64,000 bases of DNA from an uncultured bacterium (GCA_943788175.1 CALSPG010000008.1:1-64000), one strand, 5' to 3'; positions 1 to 9,222 are shown, counted from the stretch's first letter. Translations and numbers: made by a program. The notes: a model not told the origin generated them from the sequence alone.

Positions 1-145
1 CAATCACTTTATCGAAAACGAATGCGAATGGATTCATTACTATATTGACTCTATTCCATCATTTATAGAGTTCAATATTGTTAATGGAAATACTAAAAGA
101 TGGCGTGTGGATTCATTAAATAGTTTTATGTATTCAGATTTTTAA
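1..145 (+). CDS. 3' end of hypothetical protein (partial, runs off window)
   Basis: Open frame from nt 2 (NHFIENECEWIHYY...MYSDF) to TAA 143-145, 14 nt before the next gene. Confidence 0.6.
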   Translation, partial: NHFIENECEWIHYYIDSIPSFIEFNIVNGNTKRWRVDSLNSFMYSDF

Positions 146-159
146 AACAGACTTTCTTA

Positions 160-615
160 ATGAAAAAATATCTATTCATCGTTTTATTGGTTTGGGGTTG
201 GAGTTGTGCGCCGACACCAACTTTTATACCTAAAGTATCAGAAATAAACGCTGTTGACTTTACACCATTCACAGAAAAAGGATTTCTATTTACTCCCAAT
301 AAATACACACAAGATTATGAGTCAATCGGTATAATAAATTTTACTTATTTCCCTGAAGCAAATTTAATAGAGAAAAAAATTAAGCGTGGAAAAGACGAAA
401 AAGATGATATGATAGTAAAATTTTGGGATATAGAAAAATTTGATATTAATCTGTTACTTTATGAAGTATATACAGCTTCAATACAAATGGGGGCTGACGC
501 ACTAACTGAGTTTTCAATAAAATCTGTTTCATCTAATCACGCTTTAGGTTCAAGTTATCCCGTTAGTATAAATGGAATTCAAGTTTATGGTTTTGCAATT
601 AAACGAAATAAATAA
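160..615 (+). CDS. Lipoprotein, YbjQ/heavy-metal-binding-like fold possible
   Basis: MKKYLFIVLLV...WSC lipobox; C-terminal MGADAL...VYGFAIKR. Confidence 0.8.
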   Translation: MKKYLFIVLLVWGWSCAPTPTFIPKVSEINAVDFTPFTEKGFLFTPNKYTQDYESIGIINFTYFPEANLIEKKIKRGKDEKDDMIVKFWDIEKFDINLLLYEVYTASIQMGADALTEFSIKSVSSNHALGSSYPVSINGIQVYGFAIKRNK

Positions 616-618
616 GTA

Positions 619-1338
619 ATGAAAAAATATCTATTAATTGTTTTGTTGGTTGGGGTTGTCTTTGGGCAAGCAGATAATAATGACTCTATAGAAATGAAAG
701 ATGGAACTATACATAAAGGTACTATCGTAGATGAGAGTCCTTTCATTGTAATTATTGAATTAGATAATTTTTTAAAAACAAGACTTTCCTTGCCTAAGAG
801 AAAAGTCAAAAATATTAATAAGGGCAATAAAGTTATTGATAATAAAATACTAACCCTTGAGCAAGAATCAATTAATGTTTACAATAAGAAATATTCAAAT
901 GCGATTGGATTTTGCTCTGATAAGGACATTTACTTAAGTGCATTAAGCATACCTTGGGGGATTCGCTTTGAATCATCTGGAGGTTTTAATGTTACAGTTC
1001 AAAACAGTGATTCAGGTGATGAGTCTAAATTAAAAACCACAAGATTGGGGATTGGAATCTTATTTGAAGAAATTACAGATAAAGAATTGCGGTTATTTTC
1101 TTATTACGGATTAAGGGTTTTAAATACAAAAACCACATTTGGGTCGAAAAGTAGTGAGTCAGTTTCTAATTTATCAATTTCTCCGCTTTTAGGTTCAAAT
1201 TTATATGTGAATGATAGAGTGAGTATTGGAGGAGAGCTTCAGTTAAATATAGTTAAAGACTCTCCAGATGTTTCTGATGATGTTACTTATTTTCAGTACA
1301 ACCTTTATAGTAAAATATTTTTAAGGGTCTTTTTTTAA
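619..1338 (+). CDS. Exported protein, probable outer-membrane beta-barrel
   Basis: Shared signal peptide (FGQ); amphipathic strands; C-terminal Phe. Confidence 0.75.
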   Translation: MKKYLLIVLLVGVVFGQADNNDSIEMKDGTIHKGTIVDESPFIVIIELDNFLKTRLSLPKRKVKNINKGNKVIDNKILTLEQESINVYNKKYSNAIGFCSDKDIYLSALSIPWGIRFESSGGFNVTVQNSDSGDESKLKTTRLGIGILFEEITDKELRLFSYYGLRVLNTKTTFGSKSSESVSNLSISPLLGSNLYVNDRVSIGGELQLNIVKDSPDVSDDVTYFQYNLYSKIFLRVFF

Positions 1339-1339
1339 T

Positions 1340-2137
1340 ATGAAAAAATATCTATTCATCGTTTTATTGGTTGGGGTTTGTTTTGGGCAAGATATAGTTG
1401 ATTTAAAGACAAAGGTTTTTAAACGCGGTCTTGAAGAAGTAAAAATTCCAAACCCCAAAGGGAAAGTTACTTTTAATGACTCAAAAGAGCAGTTAAGCGT
1501 TAAAACCTCAACTGGAATGAAGTTCTTAAAATATAAAGATGTAATCAAAGTGTCTGATAAGAACAAAAAAGTTTATTGGACTTACCAAGAGTTCTTAGTC
1601 AAGAAACAGAAAAAATTATTTAGAGAACAATGTGCTAAAAACACATCAATTAAAATAGCCATTTTAGATTTGTCAGATGATATATATGGAGTATCAGATG
1701 ACCTAAATAATTATTATGATTCACTTTGTTATGATATAGCAGATAGAATGTCAGTTTTAGAATATGTAGATAAAAATAACTACAGTTTTAAAGATTTAAA
1801 TGATTATCAAACAAAGAAAATTGGTTCAGCTTTAGGTGTAGACTTTGTTATCAAAGGTTATGCTTATAAGTATGACATCCCTTTTCGCTATGGATCAGCG
1901 ACTCAAATGAATGCAAATAGAAATGAACTTGGATGGAATTATGACAATGAAATTGATTGGTTAAAGGTTCTTTATGGTTGGGGAGAGCGTATACAAGAAA
2001 ATAAACAAATATCCATGAGGGAGAATGCAATTAAAGAAGCTGGTTCTTACATTGCAATTACAGTATATAGCTTAAATGTAAAAACTGGAAAAACTAAGTT
2101 TATCATGAAAAACAAAACAGTAATGAAAATTGGTTAA
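1340..2137 (+). CDS. Exported protein with CsgG/TolB-N-like domain
   Basis: Shared signal peptide; IAILDL...KKIGSALGVDFVIKG pattern. Confidence 0.7.
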   Translation: MKKYLFIVLLVGVCFGQDIVDLKTKVFKRGLEEVKIPNPKGKVTFNDSKEQLSVKTSTGMKFLKYKDVIKVSDKNKKVYWTYQEFLVKKQKKLFREQCAKNTSIKIAILDLSDDIYGVSDDLNNYYDSLCYDIADRMSVLEYVDKNNYSFKDLNDYQTKKIGSALGVDFVIKGYAYKYDIPFRYGSATQMNANRNELGWNYDNEIDWLKVLYGWGERIQENKQISMRENAIKEAGSYIAITVYSLNVKTGKTKFIMKNKTVMKIG

Positions 2138-2140
2138 ACA

Positions 2141-2694
2141 ATGAAAAAATATCTATTCATCGTTTTATTGGTTGGGGTTTGGAGTTGTGGTACTCCTTAT
2201 CAGCCATATTCTATAGCTGGTGGTTTTTCAGAAACTCAATTAGATGAAAATATATTTCGTGTACGGTTTAATGGAAATGGTTACACCAGCGGTGCGCGAT
2301 CCTCAGATTTTTGCTTAATGAGAAGTGCTGAGCTATGTAAAAATAATGGCTTTAAATACTTTGTAATAATTGATGAATCGAGGGCATATCTAAATCTCAA
2401 TTCAAAACTCCGACGACGACTAATACAACTGGGAGTGCTACAGCTATTGGAAATACAGTATACGGAAATTCAAAAAGTACTACTACTGGTGGGCAAACAT
2501 ACAACATTTCAAAGCCAAGTAATGAAAATACAATAATTTGCTTTATTGAGAAACCCCAAAGCGGTGTGTCTTATAATGCTGATTTTTTATTTAAAAGTAT
2601 TTCTAAAAAATATAATGTTGGATCAAGTAACAGAAAAACATATCCAACAAAAGTAAATTTTAAAAAAAACGGATGTAAAACCAAAAGCACCTGA
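2141..2694 (+). pseudogene. Lipoprotein (CC0125/CC1285-like), frameshifted near 2380
   Basis: WSCGTPYQP..GGFSETQL..FRVRFNGNGYT then continues in another frame (TTTNTTGSATAIGNTVYG...QTYNISKP) to TGA 2692-2694. Confidence 0.7.
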
Positions 2695-2705
2695 AGGATG
2701 GGACG

Positions 2706-3425
2706 TTGATTAAAAAAACATCATATTTTATAAAAGCTTTACTGACTTTGATAGTATGTCTTAATTCTTTTTCTTATGCACAAGATGTGATAAAAATTGA
2801 TGGTAAAGAATTAAAAGGGAAGTATGTCAGTGTAGATTTTCAGAAAAATCGATTTAAATTCATTTACGAAGGCAGAGATACCCCAATAGAGCTTCCAATT
2901 GATAATAACAGGTTGGACTACATAAAACTTGAAAATGGAAAATATATATTTAAAAATCCAAAAATTATTGCAGCTGAAGAAGAATTATTAGCTAAAAAAG
3001 AAGAACTATTAGCAAAAAAAGAACAAGAAAGAATTCGAGCTGAAATAAAATCAAAATGTGATGAAAGAAAAAATATAAGGGTAGGTTTAATTCCGTTCCA
3101 AGATGATTCATATGGGGTATCAACTTGGGTAGCTGATACTTTAATGGGTATGTGTTACGATGTGGATGTATCAATGGTAAATATAATTAGTTGGTTTGAA
3201 AAGAAGAATATTAACATACGAGATATAAATGATTATCACATATTTAATGCTCAAAAAGAAATGGATTATGACATTATTGTATTTGGATATGTCTACACCA
3301 AAAAAGATGCGATAATTACTGGGCATACTCCATTTACTGGTATCTATGTTACAGCGTTCTATTTAGATAAAAGCGGAGTAAGAGATTATATATATGACAG
3401 GAAAAGAGTGATGGGCTTTTATTAG
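2706..3425 (+). CDS. Exported protein, paralog of 1340-2137 (CsgG/TolB-N-like)
   Basis: Signal peptide (YAQ); shares DD.YGVS...CYD...D.NDY...D.IV.GY.Y with 1340-2137; 21-bp EELLAKK tandem duplication. Confidence 0.7.
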   Translation: MIKKTSYFIKALLTLIVCLNSFSYAQDVIKIDGKELKGKYVSVDFQKNRFKFIYEGRDTPIELPIDNNRLDYIKLENGKYIFKNPKIIAAEEELLAKKEELLAKKEQERIRAEIKSKCDERKNIRVGLIPFQDDSYGVSTWVADTLMGMCYDVDVSMVNIISWFEKKNINIRDINDYHIFNAQKEMDYDIIVFGYVYTKKDAIITGHTPFTGIYVTAFYLDKSGVRDYIYDRKRVMGFY

Positions 3426-3426
3426 A

Positions 3427-4197
3427 TTGAAAAAATATCTATTCATCGTTTTATTGGTTGGGGTTTGTTTTGGGCAAGATGTCTATCCATATTTTAGTGA
3501 TATGGAGAAGCAACTTCAGTTTGAGAGGGAAAAAGTAACTATAGAAAAAAGCGAGGGTGTTGAGCAATTAATTAGCGGTGGCGGAAGTGCATTTAATTGG
3601 TTATCTATTATAGATGAAAAACAACCTATGTATTTAAACCAACCAATTAATACTTCCTATGTGTATTACTCAAATTTCTATATAAAAGTCGATGGGAAAA
3701 GCATAATGGAACTTGAAATGCTTAGGAAAATAGGATTAGATACTGAAGTTAATCGAATAGTTTCAAGTCATCTAAAAGAAATTGATTTTTATGAAAATCA
3801 CGTTAATAAAATGAACGAAAAAAAGAAAAAATATTATGAAGATATGAAAATTTATAAGATGACAAAACCAACCATAACCTTTAATTCAGACTATAAAGAA
3901 AAAAAAGAAATTGTTAATAAACTTTTAAGTATTGCTGGGGTAGTATTAGTTACAGGAATATTAACTGATTATAGCTCATTAAATCTTATCGGTTTAGGGG
4001 CAGGATTTACTGCTTTTGCTATATATGGTAACAATGAGAAGTTTAATAAAAAGATTTCACGTCCAAAAAAGCCAATTAATCCCACTGAATCAATAGTCTC
4101 AAGACCAATCTTAAAACAACAACTTGAGTTCAATCAATGCGTCGCATTAGCAGAAGCATACAATAGAAAACTCTATTCTGATATATCAAATAGGTAA
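3427..4197 (+). CDS. Exported/membrane hypothetical protein
   Basis: TTG start with shared signal peptide; two hydrophobic segments near C-terminus. Confidence 0.75.
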   Translation: MKKYLFIVLLVGVCFGQDVYPYFSDMEKQLQFEREKVTIEKSEGVEQLISGGGSAFNWLSIIDEKQPMYLNQPINTSYVYYSNFYIKVDGKSIMELEMLRKIGLDTEVNRIVSSHLKEIDFYENHVNKMNEKKKKYYEDMKIYKMTKPTITFNSDYKEKKEIVNKLLSIAGVVLVTGILTDYSSLNLIGLGAGFTAFAIYGNNEKFNKKISRPKKPINPTESIVSRPILKQQLEFNQCVALAEAYNRKLYSDISNR

Positions 4198-4831
4198 TGG
4201 CTATCCACGCAATTGTAAAGCAAATAGCTGAACAATTAAAAGGTCGCTTATCTATTGATGAAGAGAAAGGGATACTCCAACTTATATCCATTCAATACTT
4301 CAATCGATGGGCACATGAACCCTGTCAAAATATTTACAGACCCAAGAGACAAAAAAGAATATATCCTTGATTACAACAATGAGGACGACCGATTATCACA
4401 ATTAAAAAAGATCAATAAGATTATTTCATCTTATAATGGTGAAGTCATGAAGAATCATGGAGAGTATTTAAAAAAGCTTCCCTCAGATGGTAAAGTTCAC
4501 TCAGCAACAGAGGTAGGTTTTGATAAACCTTTACATTTACTCCCAGAATTGCCTTTATGGGGATTTGCGGTTTTAGGAAAGAACGAAATTAAAGACTACG
4601 ATAGAATTAAACCGATATCTATTGACGATAGAAAGCTTTACAGACTTCAGAATAGATCTAAATAATGATTCAGAGTTCATAGCACACTTAAATCGTTTGA
4701 TCTTTAACCATATTCAAATTAAGCGCAAAGAATCTGAGAAAATGGGTACATGGGATTCAGATAATATATGGTACAAACCCAATCAAAGATTTCATAAGTG
4801 GTTTCAAATTAACAATGACATTGACCCGTAG
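4197..4831 (+). pseudogene. Hypothetical gene split over three frames
   Basis: ATG at 4197 overlaps the previous stop; overlapping ORFs 4255-4665 and 4622-4831 read as consecutive pieces. Confidence 0.4.
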
Positions 4832-5460
4832 AAGACGGTGTCCATAAAGGGTGAAGCAGGAACAACTAATGCCGTATGGGCTATAGCAGATGACAATGAG
4901 GGCATAGATATAAGATGACGGAGTAGTTTGATACATATATGGATGCTTGACAGGTGGGCTAGAAAAGAAATTCACTTGCTAAAACTAAGGTACTGTTGTA
5001 TGTACTGCTATCTTTGAAAGATTATGACGGTAAAGCATATGCCAAGAGCAACAATCTGAGGGCAACAGTCATGGAGCAAGAATTAGCTCAATCTAACACC
5101 TTCTCGATCACTCCCACCCGTATACTGCCGAACCCTTTTCCGAGGGGATGCACTTGCTAGTATACGAACCTTTCATCTCCATGGTCAATGTTTGACCATC
5201 AAACATGATCCCTAAACGAGATTACATGATGAGGTCAACGAATTAATGCCAATAAGAGAACAACTCAGAACGGATTGAACGAGATTAAATCTTTGATACT
5301 TGGTAACGTACAATGAGATCGATGGTTAACTAAGTATAAGGAGGTGTCTCAGTATTCTTCGGTATCACTTAGCCAAGCTACAGTAAGAAGAGCTGTATGC
5401 GAAAGGTGTTCATTAAAATGCTCTCAAAGACTTGGTAAGCTACTTTTCCAGGAAAAGGAA
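4832..5460. ncRNA. Candidate structured non-coding RNA (~620 nt)
   Basis: No convincing ORF; more GC-rich than flanks; stems 5119-5126/5159-5166, 5181-5199, 5379-5397; CUUCGG at 5357. Confidence 0.35.
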
Positions 5461-5476
5461 GTACGTAGGTGGCTCA

Positions 5477-5683
5477 ATGGATAAGCTCTATGATACTCCA
5501 CTAAAATCAATTCGTAAGAAGTGTTTAGATTGTTCTTACTACCAACCAAAAGAAGTCAGAGAATGCACTTGTATTGATTGCCCAATTTATCCCTATCGTT
5601 TTGGGCGTAGACCCACTAAGGCGATAGTTGATACCATAAAACAGTTTAACAAAGAAAATACTGAGCCTACTGAGGGTTTTTGA
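5477..5683 (+). CDS. Small Cys-rich phage-type protein
   Basis: PLKSIRKKCLDC...EVREC...DCPIYPYRFG motif typical of small phage/MGE proteins. Confidence 0.75.
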   Translation: MDKLYDTPLKSIRKKCLDCSYYQPKEVRECTCIDCPIYPYRFGRRPTKAIVDTIKQFNKENTEPTEGF

Positions 5684-5686
5684 GCA

Positions 5687-6226
5687 ATGAAGCCTATTGC
5701 TGATAAAGGGTTTACCCATATGATTACGAATAGATTATATTGGTCTCCTGCATATCAATCTCTAACTAAATCTGCACAGAATTTGATGTGGTGTATGTAT
5801 CCTGAACTGAGATGGACAGGTACAAGAAAGAAAGGTGATTATAGCTATACAAACAATGGCAAAATCAGTTTCTCTGAAGTTGAATTTAAAAAGCAGGGAT
5901 TAGGAGTATCGCAAACCTACCTCAATGCACGAAATCAACTAATTGAAGTGGGTTTTATTAAAATTACTTATGAGGGTGGTATGACTAAAGGTGATATGAA
6001 TAAATACAAACTCCTTTGGGTAGATGGTGTCAGAGAATTGGAAATGAGGTGGAAACGCTATCCCGATGAGAACTGGAAACATGAAGTGCCATGTAAAAAG
6101 GATAATATGGTTGGGAGAGGTACTCGCTTTAAGAAATCAAAATCCACCCTAATAAGTAAGACCCTAAATGGATCAATATCCCCTAATGAATTAGACCCTA
6201 TGAAAGTGATATCCCCTAATGAGTAA
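5687..6226 (+). CDS. Winged-HTH replication-initiator-like protein
   Basis: SPAYQSLT..AQ.L...NNGKISFS...ARNQLIEVGFI pattern; direct repeats in its 3' end. Confidence 0.55.
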   Translation: MKPIADKGFTHMITNRLYWSPAYQSLTKSAQNLMWCMYPELRWTGTRKKGDYSYTNNGKISFSEVEFKKQGLGVSQTYLNARNQLIEVGFIKITYEGGMTKGDMNKYKLLWVDGVRELEMRWKRYPDENWKHEVPCKKDNMVGRGTRFKKSKSTLISKTLNGSISPNELDPMKVISPNE

Positions 6227-6274
6227 GGGGGTAAATGAGTATTTTAAGGTATTAAGCCCCCTAATGAGTTAGGG
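6147..6274 (+). repeat. Iteron-like repeats CCCTAATRARTWAG x4 (putative origin)
   Basis: Copies at 6147, 6181, 6214, 6259; last copy is the inverted repeat CCCTAA-TGAG-TTAGGG. Confidence 0.7.
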
Positions 6275-6370
6275 TATCTTATTAGTTACCATACATAAGA
6301 GAAAATAAAGGATGTTATATGAATAGAATCATATATGCTGTTAAACAGCGGGGAAACAGCGTAACAACAG

Positions 6371-6512
6371 GTGGTTTAATGGCGGGTGACCCCCGTGAAT
6401 CGGCGGTTAATCGGCGGAGAAATGGAGGTTTAATGGAGGGCAATAGGAGGTTTAAAATCGGTATTAAACGGAGGTTTAACGGTGGGAGACTTATAAAAAG
6501 TGGTTTAAAAGG
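6371..6512 (+). repeat. Degenerate ~11-bp periodic GGNGGTTTAA repeats
   Basis: GGTGGTTTAAT, GGCGGTTAAT, GGAGGTTTAAT, GGAGGTTTAAA, GGAGGTTTAAC etc. Confidence 0.6.
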
Positions 6513-6552
6513 TTGTTCTGCAAAACCTGTCAAAACTTAACTGTTTTCCCCA

Positions 6553-6966
6553 CTAAAAAAGAGAAAAAATTATTCCTAAAATGAAAATAAATAGTTTTAT
6601 TGCAACCATAAGTCCAGCACCGAAAGAAGGTATTAATGCCCATACCATAATCACCTCCAAAACATTCACAAATGCATTTGGCTCAATTCCTTTTTCTCTT
6701 GCATCAAAATCAACTATGTTGATTCCATGTATGAATAATAAAAAAAAAGATAAAAATGTGAAATAAAATGGAAACCATAATATCGGACTTTCAGATAACT
6801 CATTCCAAAATGCTATGCCGTATATAATGTTTATGGCAAAAATTATGATATTGCCTTGGGATCTGTATTTAATATCATTTTTGAATATCATAATAAAATA
6901 TAATACTATTATACCATATGTTGTTGTAACACAACTACTACAAGAGTAACTTATACTAATGAGCAA
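6553..6966 (-). CDS. Hypothetical membrane protein (start uncertain)
   Basis: Several hydrophobic helices; convergent with the Rep-like operon. Confidence 0.5.
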   Translation of the reverse strand: MLISISYSCSSCVTTTYGIIVLYFIMIFKNDIKYRSQGNIIIFAINIIYGIAFWNELSESPILWFPFYFTFLSFFLLFIHGINIVDFDAREKGIEPNAFVNVLEVIMVWALIPSFGAGLMVAIKLFIFILGIIFSLF

Positions 6967-7189
6967 AGTAAATAAAGGAGGAAGACCAAAAGATGAGCCT
7001 ACAAGTTTGCGTTCTTTACGCTTACCAGTAAGGTTGTGGAATTTGGTCTACAAGGCATCAAAGAACTTTAGGTCTGTTAACGAATACTTCCTCAAATTGG
7101 TGGAGGATGATTTGATTAATAGGAAATTGTTAAAGAGGTCTGAACGGAAAAAACTTAGCTCAAGAAACTCAAACTCTACGAAAGGATAG
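6959..7189 (+). CDS. Small DNA-binding protein, ribbon-helix-helix-like
   Basis: GGRPK..RSLRLP.RLW...SVNEYFLKLVE; directly upstream of integrase. Confidence 0.65.
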   Translation: MSKVNKGGRPKDEPTSLRSLRLPVRLWNLVYKASKNFRSVNEYFLKLVEDDLINRKLLKRSERKKLSSRNSNSTKG

Positions 7190-7192
7190 GCT

Positions 7193-8327
7193 ATGAAGAA
7201 AAAACAGAAAAAAGCTGATGGTCTAAGAAGTCGTAGAGGCAAGTGGTATGCAAGAGTTTACTTTACAATAGATGGCATGAAAAAAGAGAAGCTAACTCCT
7301 TTAAGAACAACATCTAAGGTAGTTGCAAGAGAAAGAAAAATCGAGGTAGATAGAAAAGCAGAGGATATTAAAAAGGATCTGGATTTTTACATTTCCTTGG
7401 ATGTCTGATGTGCTTATTACTAAGGTCAAGAGATTCAGATTGGAAACTGCATGTAAAGAATGGATCAATAAACGCAAAGGTAAGATGAGAAAAAGTACTA
7501 TTGAGATAAATGAATTGAGTCTCAAACATCTTAAGGATTCACTTGGAAGGTTAATACCTATCGACACTATAAATAATGATAGTATTGAAAAGTATGCTAA
7601 TTATCTTAGTGATAGAGGTTTAAATGACACATCAATCAATATTAATCTAAGAACCGTAAAGGCTATGTTTAGATATTATCTTAAGGTTGGAAAGCTGGAT
7701 AAGATTCCATTGATAGAGCAGATACCAATTGATAAGAAAAAGCCGATATATATAACAGATGAAGAGTTCTCTGATATAATGAAAATAAAATGGTTAGATA
7801 GCTTTTATAAGAGAGTTTTCTTTCTATATAGAGAAACTGGGATGAGGCTTAACGAACCTAAGATATCTGAATTAGATGGTTACTGGATTGATATACCTAA
7901 TAAGTCAAAAGGAAAGAGTGAGCGAAATATTGAACTTAATGATGCACTTAAACCTATTTTCATAGAATTGAAAAAATGGTTGGATAGTGGTTATGGTTCA
8001 AAGCTTGTAGACTTTGGAGACCATTTCTCTAAGAAGTTCAAGAAATGTCTCAGACATATTAAGGCTGATGAATCTAAGCACTTCCATTCTCTTAGGCATA
8101 CTTTTGCAGTTCGTAGACTGATACAAGGAACATCAATATATGATTTAAAGCTATTGATGGGTCATAGTTCAGTAACTACAACTGAAGTCTATAGTGAAAT
8201 GAACCTAAAGCGTGTAAAAGACGACTTTCCAATATTAGTAGAAAATAGTCAAAATACTGCTAAAAATGGTAAATCGGACACTCGAATTACGGACACAGAG
8301 CAATATTCTGAAAAGTATGTTGCATAA
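7193..8327 (+). CDS. Tyrosine recombinase/integrase; N-terminal piece 7193-7400 joined by a 1-nt frameshift at T5 7384-7388
   Basis: Catalytic motifs ETGMR, K, HSLRH, LMGH, TEVY; SAM-like domain; N-terminal RRGKWYARV arm-binding-like strand. Confidence 0.9.
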
Positions 8328-8350
8328 TATGTGAACTTACGGGATTTGGT

Positions 8351-8400
8351 CGCCTGCTTTGGGAGCAGGAGGTCGGGAGTTCGAATCTCTCCACCCCGAC
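8351..8400 (+). repeat. tRNA-Pro(UGG) 3' fragment (att core) 1
   Basis: CCTGC-TTTGGGA-GCAGG anticodon arm, GTTCGAATC T-loop, CACCCCG acceptor 3' strand; 5' half absent. Confidence 0.9.
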
Positions 8401-8406
8401 GCTATT

Positions 8407-8440
8407 AAGCCTTGTTTCTCGAGTAGAAATGAGGCTTTTT
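8407..8440 (+). terminator. Intrinsic terminator-like hairpin repeated in att units
   Basis: AAGCCTTGTTTCT-CGAGT-AGAAATGAGGCTTTTT; near-identical copies follow the 9958, 12381, 14706 and 19724 fragments. Confidence 0.75.
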
Positions 8441-8560
8441 GTCTTTTTACCTGTTTTAGTCTGATTTCCTTAAAAATACCCTAAAAAGCACTAAATGCAC
8501 TGGTAATACACTGGTCATTTTTAGTATGAGTTCTTTATTACATCTGTTAGGTATTGTGCT

Positions 8561-8875
8561 CTAATCATTATAATGATTACTTCCCCATTCCCCGAGTTTT
8601 TTAAACACAGGTAAAAGTGTTTCACCTTTTTTTGTTAGTGAATATTCAACTCTAGGAGGTATTTCCGCAAAGATTTTTCTGCTGATTATATTTTGCGCTT
8701 CTAAATCTCTAAGTTCTCTTGTTAGCATATTTTTACTTATACCCTCGATGCTCCGACTTAATACACCAAAGCGATTAATGCCATGAGATAATCTCATGAA
8801 TATAATTGGTTTCCATTTTCCTCCAATTACCTTCATTGCAAAGGTGATTGGACAATTTTTATGTTCTTTTTTCAT
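8561..8875 (-). CDS. HxlR-family transcriptional regulator
   Basis: CPI...IGGKWK...GISKNMLTRELRDLE...PPRVEYSLT. Confidence 0.93.
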   Translation of the reverse strand: MKKEHKNCPITFAMKVIGGKWKPIIFMRLSHGINRFGVLSRSIEGISKNMLTRELRDLEAQNIISRKIFAEIPPRVEYSLTKKGETLLPVFKKLGEWGSNHYND

Positions 8876-8985
8876 TCCTTCTTCTTCTAATAGTCCTAAA
8901 AATATAACTATATAATAAAATAGTGCCTACTTTACAAAAATAAATATACAAAATAATTTAGGCCTATCAAATAAAGGATTAAAAA

Positions 8986-9222
8986 ATGAGTTTAAAAAAA
9001 ACACTTCAAACAAGCCCTTACATAATAAAAGGTGAGAAAAAAAAATATGCATTGTGTGCATGTGGCCTATCATCAAATCAACCATTTTGTGATGGCAGTC
9101 ATAAGAGTACAGACATTACTCCAATAATTTTTGAAAATGAAAAAGAAGGCAATATCGCTTTGTGTGGATGTAAAGGCACAGGTAATTCTCCATTCTGTGA
9201 TGGCAGCCACACCAAACTCTGA
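8986..9222 (+). CDS. CDGSH iron-sulfur domain protein (two motifs)
   Basis: CACG.S.NQPFCDGSH and CGCK.T.NSPFCDGSH. Confidence 0.95.
   Translation: MSLKKTLQTSPYIIKGEKKKYALCACGLSSNQPFCDGSHKSTDITPIIFENEKEGNIALCGCKGTGNSPFCDGSHTKL

Larger units (their letters stand above)
160..3477 (+). repeat. Signal-peptide-coding direct repeat (A/T)TGAAAAAATATCTATTCATCGTTTTATTGGTTGGGGTT, 5 copies
   Basis: Copies start at 160, 619, 1340, 2141, 3427; diverged copy at 10112. Confidence 0.95.
1..8400 (+). mobile_element. Right part of a tyrosine-integrase integrative element inserted at tRNA-Pro
   Basis: Integrase directly followed by a tRNA-Pro 3' fragment; Rep-like gene, iteron-like repeats and small regulator upstream; left end outside window. 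Confidence 0.75.

Noticed and set aside
1370-1392. Resemblance of the signal-repeat tail (TGGGGTTTGTTTTGGG) to the junction repeat (TGGGGTTTTTTGTTTGTGGG)
   Set aside because: Low-complexity G/T sequence; a common origin cannot be distinguished from chance without a statistical alignment.
126-1566. Antisense ORFs ending ...NRYFFI (126-308, 585-827, 1321-1566)
   Set aside because: Their similarity is just the reverse complement of the signal-peptide repeat.
6315-6540. Overlapping 72/73-aa ORFs on both strands
   Set aside because: Low-complexity translations of the periodic G-rich repeat.
8330-8400. Complete tRNA-Pro gene
   Set aside because: Only the anticodon arm to the 3' end is present; there is no acceptor 5' strand or D-arm in any of the six copies.
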